Below are positions 36,767-49,588 of a stretch of 64,000 nt of DNA, one piece after another. Position 1 is the stretch's first letter, and the number at the start of each line of letters is the position of its first letter. This DNA is from Tricharina praecox. Lineage: Eukaryota. The stretch covers positions 1 through 64,000 of the forward strand of contig NW_026250403.1 in the NCBI RefSeq assembly GCF_024521635.1. Reading direction: 5' to 3'. The translations under genes and the position numbers were made by a program. Under the pieces are notes generated by a model. That model worked only from the letters and a program-made list of their open reading frames with translations. It was not told the DNA's origin and made no database searches.

Positions 36767-38390
36767 GATCGGATTGGGATCTTGTGCTTTCTGTGGGTTT
36801 GTGTTGTTTGTTTTTTGTGGTTGCCTTGTTACGTGCATGTTCTTTGATATGGGAAATCGAATTGTGTTGCTCGATATGTTTCTACAGTAAAGTTCTGATT
36901 GTGATGTTCTCCGTCAACTACCATCCCGCCATGGTCGAGGCCCTGTTACTAAACCGCTGTGCTCGTCTGGATCAATCTCACGTTCCTGGAATGCAAGCCC
37001 TCCTTGTATTTCGCACCTGTTTACACAGGCTCCCGGTAAAAAAAGGTTAGTTAGCCCTTTACGCCATGCAATATAATCTCCATTGATGATTGCACTCCCG
37101 GGATTCCGTGGCCACTGCCGATCTACTCTACTCGAGTAGGTAGTCTAGCAGGTAGGCAGTCCAGCAGCCTGCAGGTAGTTCCAGGTTCACCAACTGGTTA
37201 CTGCAGAGCTGTGGCAACCGGCTACTCTACCGAAATGCAGCTCCTACCGTCGAGTCGTCGACGGATTAGGATTGGTGGGGTGGAAGCTTCAAAATTGGAG
37301 GAGGACTCGAGGAGTCGAGGGGGGATCTCTGAGTGATGTAGCTAGACGGCTGAGCTTTAAATGAGTCGCCGCCTAGCCCGGGGAAGCAGGGAATGTTGCG
37401 GAACTTGGAAGTGCACTTGGAATATGTAGGATCACACGCTCACTGAGTCCTGGCCCCAAGTTCCAACAAGCGGATTCCGACGGACTGATGGGTAGGTAAG
37501 TAGCGAATGCGAGTGTTCCTGATATTTGACACCTGACACATGTGCGCACTGCGGGGAATACTGGTAGATAATAGATTGCGTTTATCACGGATCGAACGGA
37601 AACTGCCACACTTCAAAGTCGAGAGATTTCGTGGAAGTGGTGCATGTGATATCACTCTTTCGAATACCCAAGTGACGAACGATGGGGGTATTTGCTCTTT
37701 TTACTGCCTCGGTATGCACTTTGGATAGTCAGTATGCGGAAATAAATTGATATTCTCTGAGCTCTGTCCGCCGTCCACCTCAGTGGCATCGTGGACATTG
37801 AGCGGACTGGGTCGAGAGCTCTTGCAAATACACACCTACCTGTTACCTACCTACATACGTACGATTCTCTTTCCGGAGTCCGAGCTGTTCTCCCGTACTC
37901 AGGTTATGCAGCTCTGATTGTCAACTTGCCCCACAATTTTTTTGCTTTTGTTTATTCTTGGCCGCATGCGGCTATCTTGATTCTCCCCATAATAACCAAG
38001 CGTGTGACCTCCAACGGTCCAAGTTCAACCCCAGAGCCAAGCGAGTAATGGGATATAACAACCACTTCACGACAGTCTCTCCACGACGGGAAATGCGATC
38101 GATATAGCCGTACTACTAGTTAGCGACGATCGCTCACTAGTACATCCGGAATTGTGGGGAAGTGGGGTAGTGGGGTACATTGCAGGCGGGTTGTGGGGAC
38201 GCAGGAAGTTCCGGTAATTGTCCTTCGCCTGTAGACAGACATACAGTAGTTAGCACTCGTCTTGGTGGTATTAACAGCTCCTACTCCTACATAAGACACG
38301 AGATGATGCGGTACCCCATCTCGATTTCCCGAGTCCTCTGTAGACCGATTATCGATACCAGTACCCAGTCGGAGCATCCAAAAAATCAAG

Positions 38391-40097
38391 ATGGCGCTCG
38401 AAGACCTACTCCGCTACCTCCTTGCACTGCCGCGCGGCCCTCTCCTCCTCCTGCTGCCACTGCTCATACCCATCTACAAGCTTATCCGCGCGCTCGCCGA
38501 TCCGCTGCGGACCGTGCCGGGGCCTACTGTGGCGCGCTTCACTAGACTGTGGAAGCTCCGGGCGTTCTACAGGGGCGACTTTGAAAAGACCAATATCGCG
38601 CTGCACCGGAAGTATGGTGAGTAAATGATCCTGCGGTGATATTATGATGATTGGACGAGCGATTCCAATAGTGTGCACTGCGTCTAGGCAAGATCGTGCG
38701 CATCGCACCCGGAGAATACAGTATCGACGACCCATCGGCAGCCAAAGTGATCTACGGCCATGGCAACAACTTCGTCAAGGCTCCGTGGTACTACGCGTGG
38801 GGCTCTGTCGATCCTCACGCGGCCGACCTCTTCTCCGACCTCGACCCGGCACGGCACGCTATCCAGCGTCGCAAGTACGCGAGCGCCTTCTCGATGACCG
38901 CGCTGCTACAGATGGAGCAGTATGTGGACGGGTGCACGGAGCTACTGCGGCGGCGGTTCTCCGAGTTCGCGGCGTCGGGCGAGCGTGTGGATGTCGCGCA
39001 TTGGCTGCAGTGCTATGCGTTCGATGTTGTTGGGGAGTTGACGGTGGGGAAGAGGTTTGGGTTTCTGGATAGCGGCGAGGATATTTCCGGGATCATCGAG
39101 GCGATCAACAGCTACCTGCGGTACGGCGCGCATGTCGGCATCTACCGGCGGCTGCACCCGCTGCTGAGCAGGGTCAATCAGTTCCTGGCGAAGGGGAAGG
39201 AGGGCGGTTTTGCCTTCATTGCCGTCTTCACGCAGAGGCAGATCGACGAGCGGCTGTATTCCGGGAAGGAGACGGGACGACAGGACTTTCTTACGCGGTT
39301 CCTCGGACTGCAGGCGCAGGACCCCGAGAAGTTTACCTGGGCCGATGTGATGGCGGGGTGTACCACGAACATTGGTGCTGGGAGTGATACCACGAGTATC
39401 TCGCTGTCCTCGGTGGTGTACAATCTCTGGCGCCATCCTGAGTGCCTGAAGAAGTTGAGGGAGGAGCTGGATGGAAAGGTTGACGGACCCGTGTCGTTCA
39501 GGGACGCCCAGGAGTTTCCGTATCTGCAGGCCGTACTGAAAGAGGCGCTGAGGGTGCATCCCGCGACTGGGCTGCCGCTCGTCAGGGTTGTGCCGAGGGG
39601 AGGCGCGATGTTGGCTGGGCGATTCTTCAAGGAAGGGGTGAGCTGCAATCATCCGTTGTCACTCTGGTTCGTGCATCGCTGACTGGGAAAACAAATGTAT
39701 CTACTGCAGACAGTCGTCGGCATCAATTCGTGGGTTGCACATAATAACAAGGTTTCCTTCGGTGCAGACGCCGACGGGTTCCGACCGGAGCGGTGGTTGG
39801 AGAGCAAGGAGAAGTCGATGTTCATGGACCGAAATTTCTTCGCCGTAAGTTTCAACCTCTTTCGGCCCCTCGCAATTCGGCTGACCTAATAAGTTCGGCA
39901 TGGGCTCTCGTACCTGCATCGGAAAGCACATCAGCCTGATGGAGATGTCGAAGGTGATGCCCATGATTGTGCAGAATTTTGATTTCGAGTTTGAGGGGCC
40001 GTGGACGACGAAGAACCATTGGTTCGTCGCTCAGAAGTTTCGGTGTAGAGTGCTACTGCGCCGTGCGCAGGATCCAAGCGGAACGCTTCTAGGCTGA
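38391..40097 (+). CDS. Cytochrome P450 monooxygenase (pisatin-demethylase/benzoate-hydroxylase-like; ~504 aa, 4 exons)
   Basis: Exons 38391-38616, 38688-39637, 39710-39844 and 39894-40097. N-terminal TM anchor, LHRKYGKIVRIAP, AGSDTT, EALR, FRPERW and the heme motif FGMGSRTCIG. Confidence 0.95.
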
Positions 40098-41911
40098 TTG
40101 TATTGTTCCATGATCCATATGGTTGACGGTCAGGTGGTCTTTTCATAGGTCAATATATCCGTAACAATTTAAGGAACCGAGCAGGAGCAAAGGGGGCGGC
40201 GAGGGGAGCGGCAATGAGCGGCAGAGCGCTGGAGTCGCTGGGATCACTCCACGAAACCGAGAATGACAAGCATGGATCTACATACTCGCATTCCGTCCCT
40301 CCTTCCCTCCGAGTCAGACGGTAGCCGAACCGCGTGCTGAAACCGGGAATAGTGTTTCGTTTCCGTCGTCCTCCAACTTCCCAGTGCGTTGTGAGACGCC
40401 ACTTCCGGACATGGGAATGTACATTCCCATGAGAATGAGGAGATCCGTCCAGCTAGTAAAGGGCAATGTTACTGGCGCCTGGCAAACAGGTACCGCGCCT
40501 AGAAATTAAGACATGGGTGACCGGTCAAGACTCAATTGCGCTGGCCCACTGACCAGTAGTTGCAAGTTGGAACACTTTGCACCGGCTCGCCGCTCGACGG
40601 AGACCCTCCATATGCATCCGCCGGACATCCTCCGGTCCATGGTCACGAATGCTATCGCCGCTGCGGAAATCTTAGTCGCTCCACCGCTCCACCGGTGACC
40701 GGAGCCATTGGAGGTAGATACATACCGGTACTCTATGCGAGGCTGGGTGGTGCATGCATAAATATAGCCCTTTAACTACCACCCAGGTACCACCTAGCAC
40801 CGGTAGTATGTAGATTCACCAGGCTCCAGCACTCTGGAGTCCAATCTCCGCCTAAGTAGAGTATGTAGGTGCGCGGGTGGGTGTGGCGCAAATAGGGCTG
40901 CAAGGATCCTAGCCACGCGCGATCTTCACCGGGCGCGCGCCTCCCAAGAAACCTCCGGGCTATCTATGTATCAGTACGTAGCCGATAGTTACTCACTGGA
41001 AGTAGCTATTCTCCTCACCACAGCACCCGCGCGGAGCTGGTACCTATGCTAGGAAAGGCTGGGTTTGTGGTCGCCATAGTCTACCAAGGCCGTATGCGAC
41101 AATAGGTAAATCGATGTTCTCTCTCTCTCCCTTCACCGCGGCGATTCGGCCTCTTTCAGTGGCGCTGAATCCGAGACACCCAGGTATCGGTACATGGTAG
41201 GTATAGCACGCACTTCACGATTAGTTAGCGAGGAATATCCACTGACAGAGAAGAGATCAACCGAACTTATCTATGCACACTCTTTTGATTCGTCCAAGGA
41301 AGGCGCGAGACAAAAGCCGTGCCTCATCATCAAGCGCATGCGGCTGAGCCGTTGTTGTTCGGGTTCTCAGTCTCGATCGGTCGTGTGAGTGGCCCTTCGA
41401 AGTTCGTAGTCGATATTAGGTGTTGTCCGTGTTTGACTGCCCGCCCCGCTATTGGCGCAAGTATCGAGGAGGTGGCACGGTAGAGTCTGAATCAGTGACT
41501 CTGGACTTTGGACAGTGGGGCCTGGAGGGGCCAGGGCGGGATGGGATATTTTGGGCAGCTGAATGCGGGGGGCCTCGCGGATAGGGTCGCGCTGTCATAC
41601 GTAGTGATACATCCACAACCAGCCAGCCAACCAACCAGCCCACCAACCACACCAGGAATCAGCAAAAGTGTCGAATCCAATCAGCTCACGGCATTCATGG
41701 TACCTGGACAGGTGCCTGTGTTCCGGTGAGCGGCAGGTGGCGGATGCACAAGTATAAAGCACCCCTCCACCCCCCTTTCCATCTCGTCGTCAGAAACCCG
41801 CAGCAGATCCGCACAGTAACCTCGCTCACCTCATCCATCCACGAAGCGAAAAAAAATACAAGAAAACAAAAAAAAAGAACCCGATATCAAGTCGATCACC
41901 AGAACGCAAAT

Positions 41912-42490
41912 ATGCAACTCTCCTTCACCGTCGCTACACTCGTCTTCTTCGGCACCACTGCGCTGGCAGCAACAGCCGACGTCATGGGCTGGACCGAGCG
42001 CGACTGCCGCGGCGAATCGATCGGCTGCATCGGACTGAACGAGAACCAATGCTGCAGTGCGTCGCATCCCACCCTCGCTCGTGCCGCTTATCGCGCAAAT
42101 CACTAACACGCAGGACTCGTAGATTTCGGCAAAGCACTAAACGCGATCGCCTGGAACCTGCCGGCGGACACGCACGGCCGAGGATTCGCTGGCGAGGCCT
42201 GTGGCGGACAGCAGAGTGCGCCCGTTATGGGCGAGCAGTCGAATGCGTGCTACAACTATGCGGAACCGCTCAGGTCGGCGAGGTCAATAGCCGGCTCTCC
42301 GCTCAGTAAGCGGTGGGCTGGGAGGATCAAGAGGGACGGCGAGGATTGTGCCACGCCGAACCAGTACGCGTACTACGGCGACGATGGCAAACTGGTGACG
42401 AAGAAGATTACCCCGGAAAATGCGGTCGAGGTCTTTGGCTGGATAGAAAAGGGTCAGACGGACAAGCTGCACACGTTGGAAGCGTTCTAG
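41912..42490 (+). CDS. Small secreted cysteine-rich protein (~170 aa, 2 exons) with two Kex2-type KR sites
   Basis: Signal peptide MQLSFTVATLVFFGTTALA. Intron 42057-42122 (GTGCGT...CTAAC...TAG) joins in frame with the 42227-42490 ORF. It has 7 Cys and the segment SKR-WAGRI-KR. Confidence 0.8.
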
Positions 42491-43550
42491 GTGCTGGTTG
42501 GAGGTGTTCTTAGTTGGAATTGTTCCTGGTTTCAAGCGTTCTTTGGTTGGAAGCGTTCTAGGTGCTAGTCGGTCATGTATGTACGATGAGTTGGATGTGT
42601 AATGTGAATGAACTGCTATTCTGATACCCACTCTTCGCTCGTTCTCATTGCCAGTCACTCGGCCGAGAGCGATCTTTTTATGTGTTGAAACTTGAGACTG
42701 CTCCAGAAAGTTACAGCATTGACGGCAAATCATACTCTACTTTACTGGTATCGTTTGAAATTTCGTCCTATTCGTGCAACGCTCTCCCGTCTCTGACCAC
42801 TCACTCGCCGATAAGATACGAATACGAAAAGTTCCGGGTCAACTGCGACGACAGTGATTCCGTGCCGACGATAAGATACCTAGACCGAGTACACATCAAG
42901 TAGCCGGCTTCCCAACCTCTATTCTCACTCGTCCCGAGGCCCGACTGGCCTGTGGATCGGTCCGCACATATCAAGATCGACGACCGTCCGCCATGGGGTT
43001 TTTCACGACGGGGATGCATTGCTAAGAGGCTCCGTGTACTCTACTATCTACCGGTGGTGGTCTGCCAACCCCCTCTCCTCCCAAAAGTCGCTCGTGAGTC
43101 GTATGATACGATTGCGAGGCCAATTGTGCTTGCTGTGTGAGTGTACTCTTGTCAACGGGTGCTACTCATCGTCCCGCAGTTCGTCTACTCTAGTGTAGTC
43201 GATTCGGTTCTGCTGGCGGAAGTCCGGTACTGACGGGAGCGAAGGAAGAGGCGGCTTGGCGTCATCGGTGAGCACCGGAGAGGGAAGACTTTGTTGAGAC
43301 CTTGTTGGGACCCGGTAAGACCTGGTGGGACTTATGTGTTATGGGGGGCAGACCCGATGCAGACCGGATGCGGTCGTTCAATGTTTGTTTGTTTATACCA
43401 TCACTATTTCTGTTCTTCCTGTTCGTCTTGCTTTTTTCTCATCATCATAGACCTTTCAAATTGATCGCGTTTTTTTGTCTCTCACCCGTTCTTGGGTCTC
43501 GCAACGGGTGCGCCAAACCCGGATTCCTGAGTCTGATTGACGAAAAAAGC

Positions 43551-43680
43551 ACGCATACGGCGGAGAAGTACGCATACATCGGAGAAGCACGCATACGGCG
43601 GAGAAGTACGCATACGGCGGCGAAGCACGCATATATACGGCGGAGAAGGACACATGCGGCGAGAAGGACGCGGACGGCGG
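43551..43680 (+). repeat. 19-bp minisatellite ACGCATACGGCGGAGAAGY
   Basis: Units start at 43551, 43570, 43589, 43608 and 43627, then degenerate. Confidence 0.85.
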
Positions 43681-45440
43681 AAGAGACAGCGGACGGCATT
43701 CCGCCCCGACGAATCTCTGCTGCTACATACTGCTGCTGCTGCTGCTGTCGGTACACTGGCTCCGTGAGACAGCCAAACCTACGAACGCCATCTCCAGGAC
43801 CTTCGCCGCTACGAATACGCTCGTCGACTCTTGATACAGAGACACCAACATCTATCAGGCAACGTTGATCCATCGTCATCTCCCGACGAGTCAACTTTTG
43901 ACTCAAATCCGACTCCCGTAGAGTACAAGCCACCACGACGCCACAGTAAGCCCATCGGAGGGTGCGGTATTCAGCCCTGCCGCTCACCCCAGAAGATGAG
44001 ATCCCCAGCTAGCCCAGACGACTAGATTTTGAGGAGGAGGAAGTCGATCTCAACCGACTCGCTCATATTATACGTGCAGCAGCACCCCCCCACAGGACTT
44101 CCTTAGTACTTACTTAGTACGGTCCATTGAACGCCGGACTATCGCCAAGACGCCCCGGCCGGCCGGCCACTCCCGCGCACTTTGCCGGAGGAAACCGACG
44201 TTCGCCGAGATGGCGCTTCGGCTCGGAGACACGGGTAGCTATGGCTCGGGCCGGGCGACAGCAGACGTGTATACTATAAAGCGCCGGTCCAACGGATGCT
44301 TGTCTTTGGGTAGACTACGGCAGGTACGGTATTACCCATCCGAAAGTACGGGACCTATTAATTGTAACTATAGGTTCAGTTCTCGCCACTAGCTAGGTGC
44401 GTCTCTAGTTACTCTATCTACTCTACACAAAAACCATCTTCGGCACTCCTTGCGAATCCGTCGGTTTACCTACCCACCCACCTACATGCACTCGAAACAC
44501 GAAATATCACCCGCTGTTTCCGCGCTACTCCCCGTACGGACAGATACTCCACCCCAGAGTAATTACCAGTACGAGGTACTCTACACTCTGGGTAACCATT
44601 CGCCCCGGTCCGAAGCGCTTAGCCCCCACACATCTACTCTACTCTACCGCCCCACCACCAAAGCCGTGCGCAGCTCCGGCCGCGGTCGTCGTCGGTCGGG
44701 ATCGGGCCGCCACCACCACCACCACCAGTCTCCCCAGTCCCCCCCAGTTTCCCCCAGCTTCCCCCAGTTTCCCCAGCCCCCGGAATGCTAACGGTAGTTA
44801 TGCTCCCGGAATGCCCCCGGAACGCCAACGCGAACGCGAACGTGAAAACACGAGTGGCTGGTGGTGAGTCTGCGGACTCTGGGACTACCATACTCCGGAG
44901 TCTAGATAGAGGATCTGGGGATGCACCACGCGGCGCTGCTACATAACTACGGACTCGCAGGTGCAGTTGAACTACCGTATGTACCTAGGTGGTTGGCTGC
45001 CTCCCTCCGAAAAGAAGTTTCTTTTCCTCTTTCTCCCCTTCTTCCCTTCCCTTCATCCCTTCATCCCTTCACCGCGGCGCCGCCAAGGGCCTCGCTAGTC
45101 CCGTACGGCTTAGATAACCATTGGATCTTACATTTTCCGGCGAGTCACAGCGTTAGTTAGTTGGAACTTGGAACTTGGGGGAGTGGAGCGACGGAAGGGG
45201 CGACGATGCCTTGGACTGCTGCCGAGGCCGAGGTCGATGGGTGGACTCTGAACTCTGTTACTTGAGTGCTTGGCCACTGCACATTAGGTGGGTGGGTGGA
45301 TGGTGGGTGTCAACGAATGCTTGTTGCTTTTTGCCCGTGGCGAATCTGGAAGGCGACTGTTGACGATGATCTCGACTTGACTCTGCCCGACATCCATCCT
45401 GTCCCCCTGCGAAGTTTTGATTAATAAAGTGCCGTTCTCT

Positions 45441-45470
45441 GTGGTGGTGGTGGTGGTGGTGGTGGTGGTG
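45441..45470 (+). repeat. (GTG)10 microsatellite
   Basis: Perfect trinucleotide run. Confidence 0.9.
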
Positions 45471-45872
45471 CCATGAGGGCAGGGCGGGGCAAGTACTCTA
45501 CTTTACGTAGAAGTGAAAGCTTGAGGAAGGTGTGTTTTCCGGCTACCATCCCGCGTGTCACACTGTCACTTCATCGCATTGCCGAAGCGCAAACAAACGC
45601 AAACGATGTCTGTCCCGACGTCACGTCATGCCAGCCATGCACACAACAACAACCACCATGGTCCATGTATGGGAGGAATTCGCGATTCAGTTCATAAAAA
45701 GGTAGATAGATAGCACACTCATACATTAAAGTCGTCGCAGCAAACAAAAAATAACGCTTAAAACCGTAGTTTATCGCAACACCCACTACTCCACCCCGCA
45801 TCCCCTCCCCTATGTACATACAAAAACACACACCCCCCCTCAGAAATCATCCAGCTCTATGGATAAACCCGT

Positions 45873-47642
45873 CTATTTGTTCTCAACGCGAACATCGCCC
45901 TTAACGTCCTCATCGCCGGAGTCGAAGCGACCAGTCTCGATATCACCACCGTCCATACCGTTCCTCGCACGGACCTCGGCCATGACGATGGCATGGGCGT
46001 TCCAGGGCTTGACGTCCTTGCCAAAGAGGCGGTCCATATCCTCGAGGGGCACACCCTTGGTCTCGGGGACAAGGAAGTATACGTAGGGCATGGACAGGAG
46101 CATGAGCGACGCAAAGAGCAGGTACACGCCGTAGCCCATGGCCGCAAACATCTGCGGCGTGAACCGCGAGATCATGAAGTTCCAGAACCAGTTGTTGGCT
46201 GCGCAGGAGGCCTGCGTCAGTGTGCGCACGTGCTGGTCGAAGATCTCGGCGTTGATCACCCAGGGAGTGCCGTTCCATGACGGCGTGTAGAAGGCGGTCC
46301 AGAGGTAGAAGAAGAACATCGCCACGATACCGCCGGAGCTGAGTTTGGTCGTGGGGTTCTCGGCCGGCTTGGCGATCGCGATGTACGCGCCGACCGCGTA
46401 CATGCAGAGTCCACCACCGAGGGAACCGATCAGGAGCATCATCTTGCGTCCGGCGTTGTCGACAAGGACCAGAAGCCAGACCAGGGTGATCACGGTCTTG
46501 ATGACACCGAAGATACCGGTGGTGAGGAGACCGGCGGAGGTGCCGACGACACCGATGGAGCGGAAGACAGTGGGGGAGTAGTACTAATCGCGCAGTTAGT
46601 TTCTGGTGCTACGGAGGTAAGGTATGGGATTATTTGGGGGGGGTGGGGGGGGGGGGGGTGCATACGTTGATGGCGTTGATTCCGGAACCGTTCTGCCAGA
46701 TGAAGAGGGATCCTCCGAGAAGCAGACGCTTGATGAGCTGGGGGTTACCGAAGACGGCCTTGAAGGGGGCCCAGAAGCCGTCGCCGACGGTGGCGAGTTG
46801 CTCCTCGTGCTGGCGGTCCATGGCGGCAACCTCCTCGATCAGGTACTCGTGGTCGATGGGCAGGTTGCGGACCCACGACAGGTTCTGCAGCGCCTCCTCG
46901 CGCTTGCCCTTGCTAAAGAGCCAGCGGGGGGACTCGCGGATGAAGAAGCAGCCGACGGCCATGAGACCGCCGGGAATCAGCTGCACGGCGAAGGGGACGA
47001 GCCATTGGGTGCGGTCGGAAGGCATGCCCTGGTTGACACCTATTTTTCGGCAGAGTTAGCGGGATGAAGCAGCGGAGCGGGGGATATCAGAGGGAACAAA
47101 CCGTAGTTGATCCAGAAACCGACGAGACCACCGATTTGCCATCCGAGTTCGTAGAGACCGACCAGACGACCACGGATTGCGGGGGGAGACAGCTCGGCGA
47201 TGTAGATAGGCGTCAAGTTGGAAGCGCAACCGATTCCGAGACCGGCGATGACACGACCACCGTAGATGAGACCGAGACCGCGGGCGGAGTCGGCGCCCAA
47301 CATCATTGCGGCGCCGATGACGAAGATGAGACCAGCGAACATGAGACCCTTCTTGCGGCCGTACAGCTGGCCGATGGGGTAACCCATCAGCGCACCGAAG
47401 AAACAACCGGCTTGGTACGTCGACACGATGTTGGCCGACAGGAAGTTGACCTCCGTCTGCGCCATCTTGTCGAGGCCGAACTCGCGGCGGAACGAGGGTA
47501 GCGCGATGGTGCCGCCGATGAAGGCGGAATCGTAGCCGATGGTGACGGCGGCGAACGCGGCTACCGCCGACGAAAAGTAGACTCGCCAGTTGTAGACATT
47601 CTGAGGCGTTGGCCGATCTTCGACTTTGGCGAGGATACCCAT
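45873..47642 (-). CDS. qutD: MFS sugar-porter family quinate permease (~541 aa, 3 exons)
   Basis: Exons 47642-47102, 47039-46666 and 46583-45873. The N-terminus MGILAKVEDRPTPQNVYNWRVY...GYDSAFIG is characteristic of QutD/Qa-Y. Other motifs: ELSPPAIRGRL, RESPRWL, QNGSGINAINYYSP, WNGTPWVINAE and PETKG. Confidence 0.9.
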
Positions 47643-47804
47643 TGCTGCTTGCTGCTTGCTGCTGCTATGTTCTTCTTCTTCTTCTGTGATGCTCTGGGAG
47701 GGAGACCAGGTTGAGCTGCGAGGACACTGAGCGGAATGGAAAGAGGAGGGGAGCAGTCATCCTTATGTATGCGAGCGAGTGTGCTCGCGCATCCCATCCC
47801 CACT

Positions 47805-48947
47805 GGCAAAAAATCTTTCCATCTAGAGTAATTAGGTGCTGTAGCGCGGGTGAGGGTTGCAGGACTGGATGGATCCCAAAACCAGTGTGTGTCTCCCCCC
47901 AGAAGCTAGCAGCAGGGTTAGTTGGTTACCCCGGACCAACGGTGACATTCCCCACAACTTCGTCTGGATGAAGGTTTCTCCACATGGCTGGCCCACTCCG
48001 GGGGCGAGGGAGGAAGGCGGGTGGGGGGGAGGGGGTGGAATTACTCTGGTCGTCTAGCCCCCCCTCCCCCGCCCCCCAGTCGACAATTTCGCGACCGTGG
48101 GCTCGCCGTAGCGGAAGAGCGGAGGCTCGCTTGTTGCTGTTTTTCCTTTTTCCCCCATCCCTTTCCTTGGTCCCGTCAGCAGGGTTGGGGGAGGATCTGG
48201 ATTACAACTGACCGCGCAGCATGAGCGTTTCGGAGGATGGTGGTTTCCACCACTCAGGTGCGAGATAGATCGATAGCTCCGACCGAGTGGCGGATCAACA
48301 AAACGCCGCTGACCACTGTACTCTAGAGCAGCTAGCGCTGGAGGCTGGAGGATATGGAGCCCCACAGTCCGTCGACTGCCCGGGGGGAGGGTTCTGGCCA
48401 CCACCAAGCCTTTCCGCCCGCCATCTCTTATCCGGACTCGGTACATCCCGTACGTAACGAGAACTCGACTCTTCGACTCCTCGACTTAGGGTTCCTCCCT
48501 CTGGAAAAATCCCGACGGACTGCTTGTGCCGAAAGCAGTGGCCGGACCCACGATGATCGTCCTAGGTGTGTAAGTGGTTAGTCACCAAGTGACGACTCGT
48601 ACTACTGCTACTGGCATCGCTCGATTCGATTCATCTGCGCAGCGATTCGCCCTTTGAAGCAAAACATATGTAGGGCCAGACCTCGCCCTTCCAGCCGTCT
48701 GGATACGGAACCGGCGAGGTGGGTTTGAGCGTACATAACTGCGGGCAACGGGCTTCTGCGCTGCGGCGCGTTTGATGGCTGTGTAAGTACCCACTCTACA
48801 TACTTCCACATCTACGTTGGACGCATGGCACGCATGGAGAACGCATGGCGCCGCCGCGCCAGGCCTTTCTGTGGCTTTTCTGTGGCCTTTCTCTGGCTGG
48901 GCGTCTGGAGGCAGCCGAACGGGGGGCAACCGGGTAAGTCTTTTTCC
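47805..48947. promoter_or_regulatory. Candidate QA-1F/QutA-type activator binding sites in the divergent promoter
   Basis: Four 16-bp GG-N12-CC elements resemble GGRTAARYRYTTAYCC: GGCAAAAAATCTTTCC (47805-47820), GGGTAACCAACTAACC (minus, 47916-47931), GGATGAAGGTTTCTCC (47966-47981) and GGGTAAGTCTTTTTCC (48932-48947, a 14/16 match). Confidence 0.5.
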
Positions 48948-49588
48948 GCAGTGCCACAAAGTCTCGCGGCTGTTCCATGTACGGTTACTGGGTATTGGCT
49001 GGTTAGTACCATTTTGGTAAGGTAGCAGCAGCTATGCACCGCCTGGAGGCTTGGCCGTGTAACTTCGCGCCCCAGATCTGATCCGCGTCCACCCTCCCTC
49101 ATCCATGATGCATCTCACACGAGCACAAGCACGAGCACAAGCAACATTCTGCTCGAAACCACCCCACGGTTCCCCGGATTCCAGGAACACGCACCCCCGT
49201 GAATGCGGGGCCTGGAGAACCGTGTCCGCGGCGCGCCCCTGGTTCCCCCGCATTCATCAAGTCGTCGGACATACGCGAACCCCCGGATTCTTTATCCCTA
49301 TCTACGGTATTCCTCGTAATTGGTGGAATCCATGGGAGGGGGCTGTTACGGCTTTCCAGTTTCCAGTGGCGTGTTCGTGATGCCCAGCCTTGAAGTATGA
49401 TACGACACCTATAGCAAGAGTATGCTTGGTTGGTTGGATACGTGGAAGAGCACTGCCCGTGAGGTGATGGGAGTTTCCATATCACATTGCCCCCGCACAC
49501 GCATCCTCCTCCTCGTCCACTAGATCACTGTGCGATTGTACGGATAATCCCGATCACGATCTTCATCTTCATCATTACCATCGTCATC

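Noticed and set aside
32584-36838. Long minus-strand ORFs (413, 326 and 255 aa) opposite the helicase
   Set aside because: Antisense shadows caused by the strong codon bias of the real gene. The same applies to ORFs opposite the GH6, P450, qutD and amidase genes.
41245-41254. ACAGAGAAGA resembling the U6 snRNA box
   Set aside because: The flanking U6 sequence (TTAGCATGGCCCCTGC etc.) is absent.
38391-42490. P450 plus neighbours as a secondary-metabolite cluster
   Set aside because: There is no backbone enzyme (PKS, NRPS or terpene synthase) or repeat-containing RiPP precursor in the window.
43551-43680. CRISPR-like periodicity (also 55205-55302 and 63637-63705)
   Set aside because: The units are directly tandem with no unique spacers, there are no cas genes, and the context is eukaryotic.
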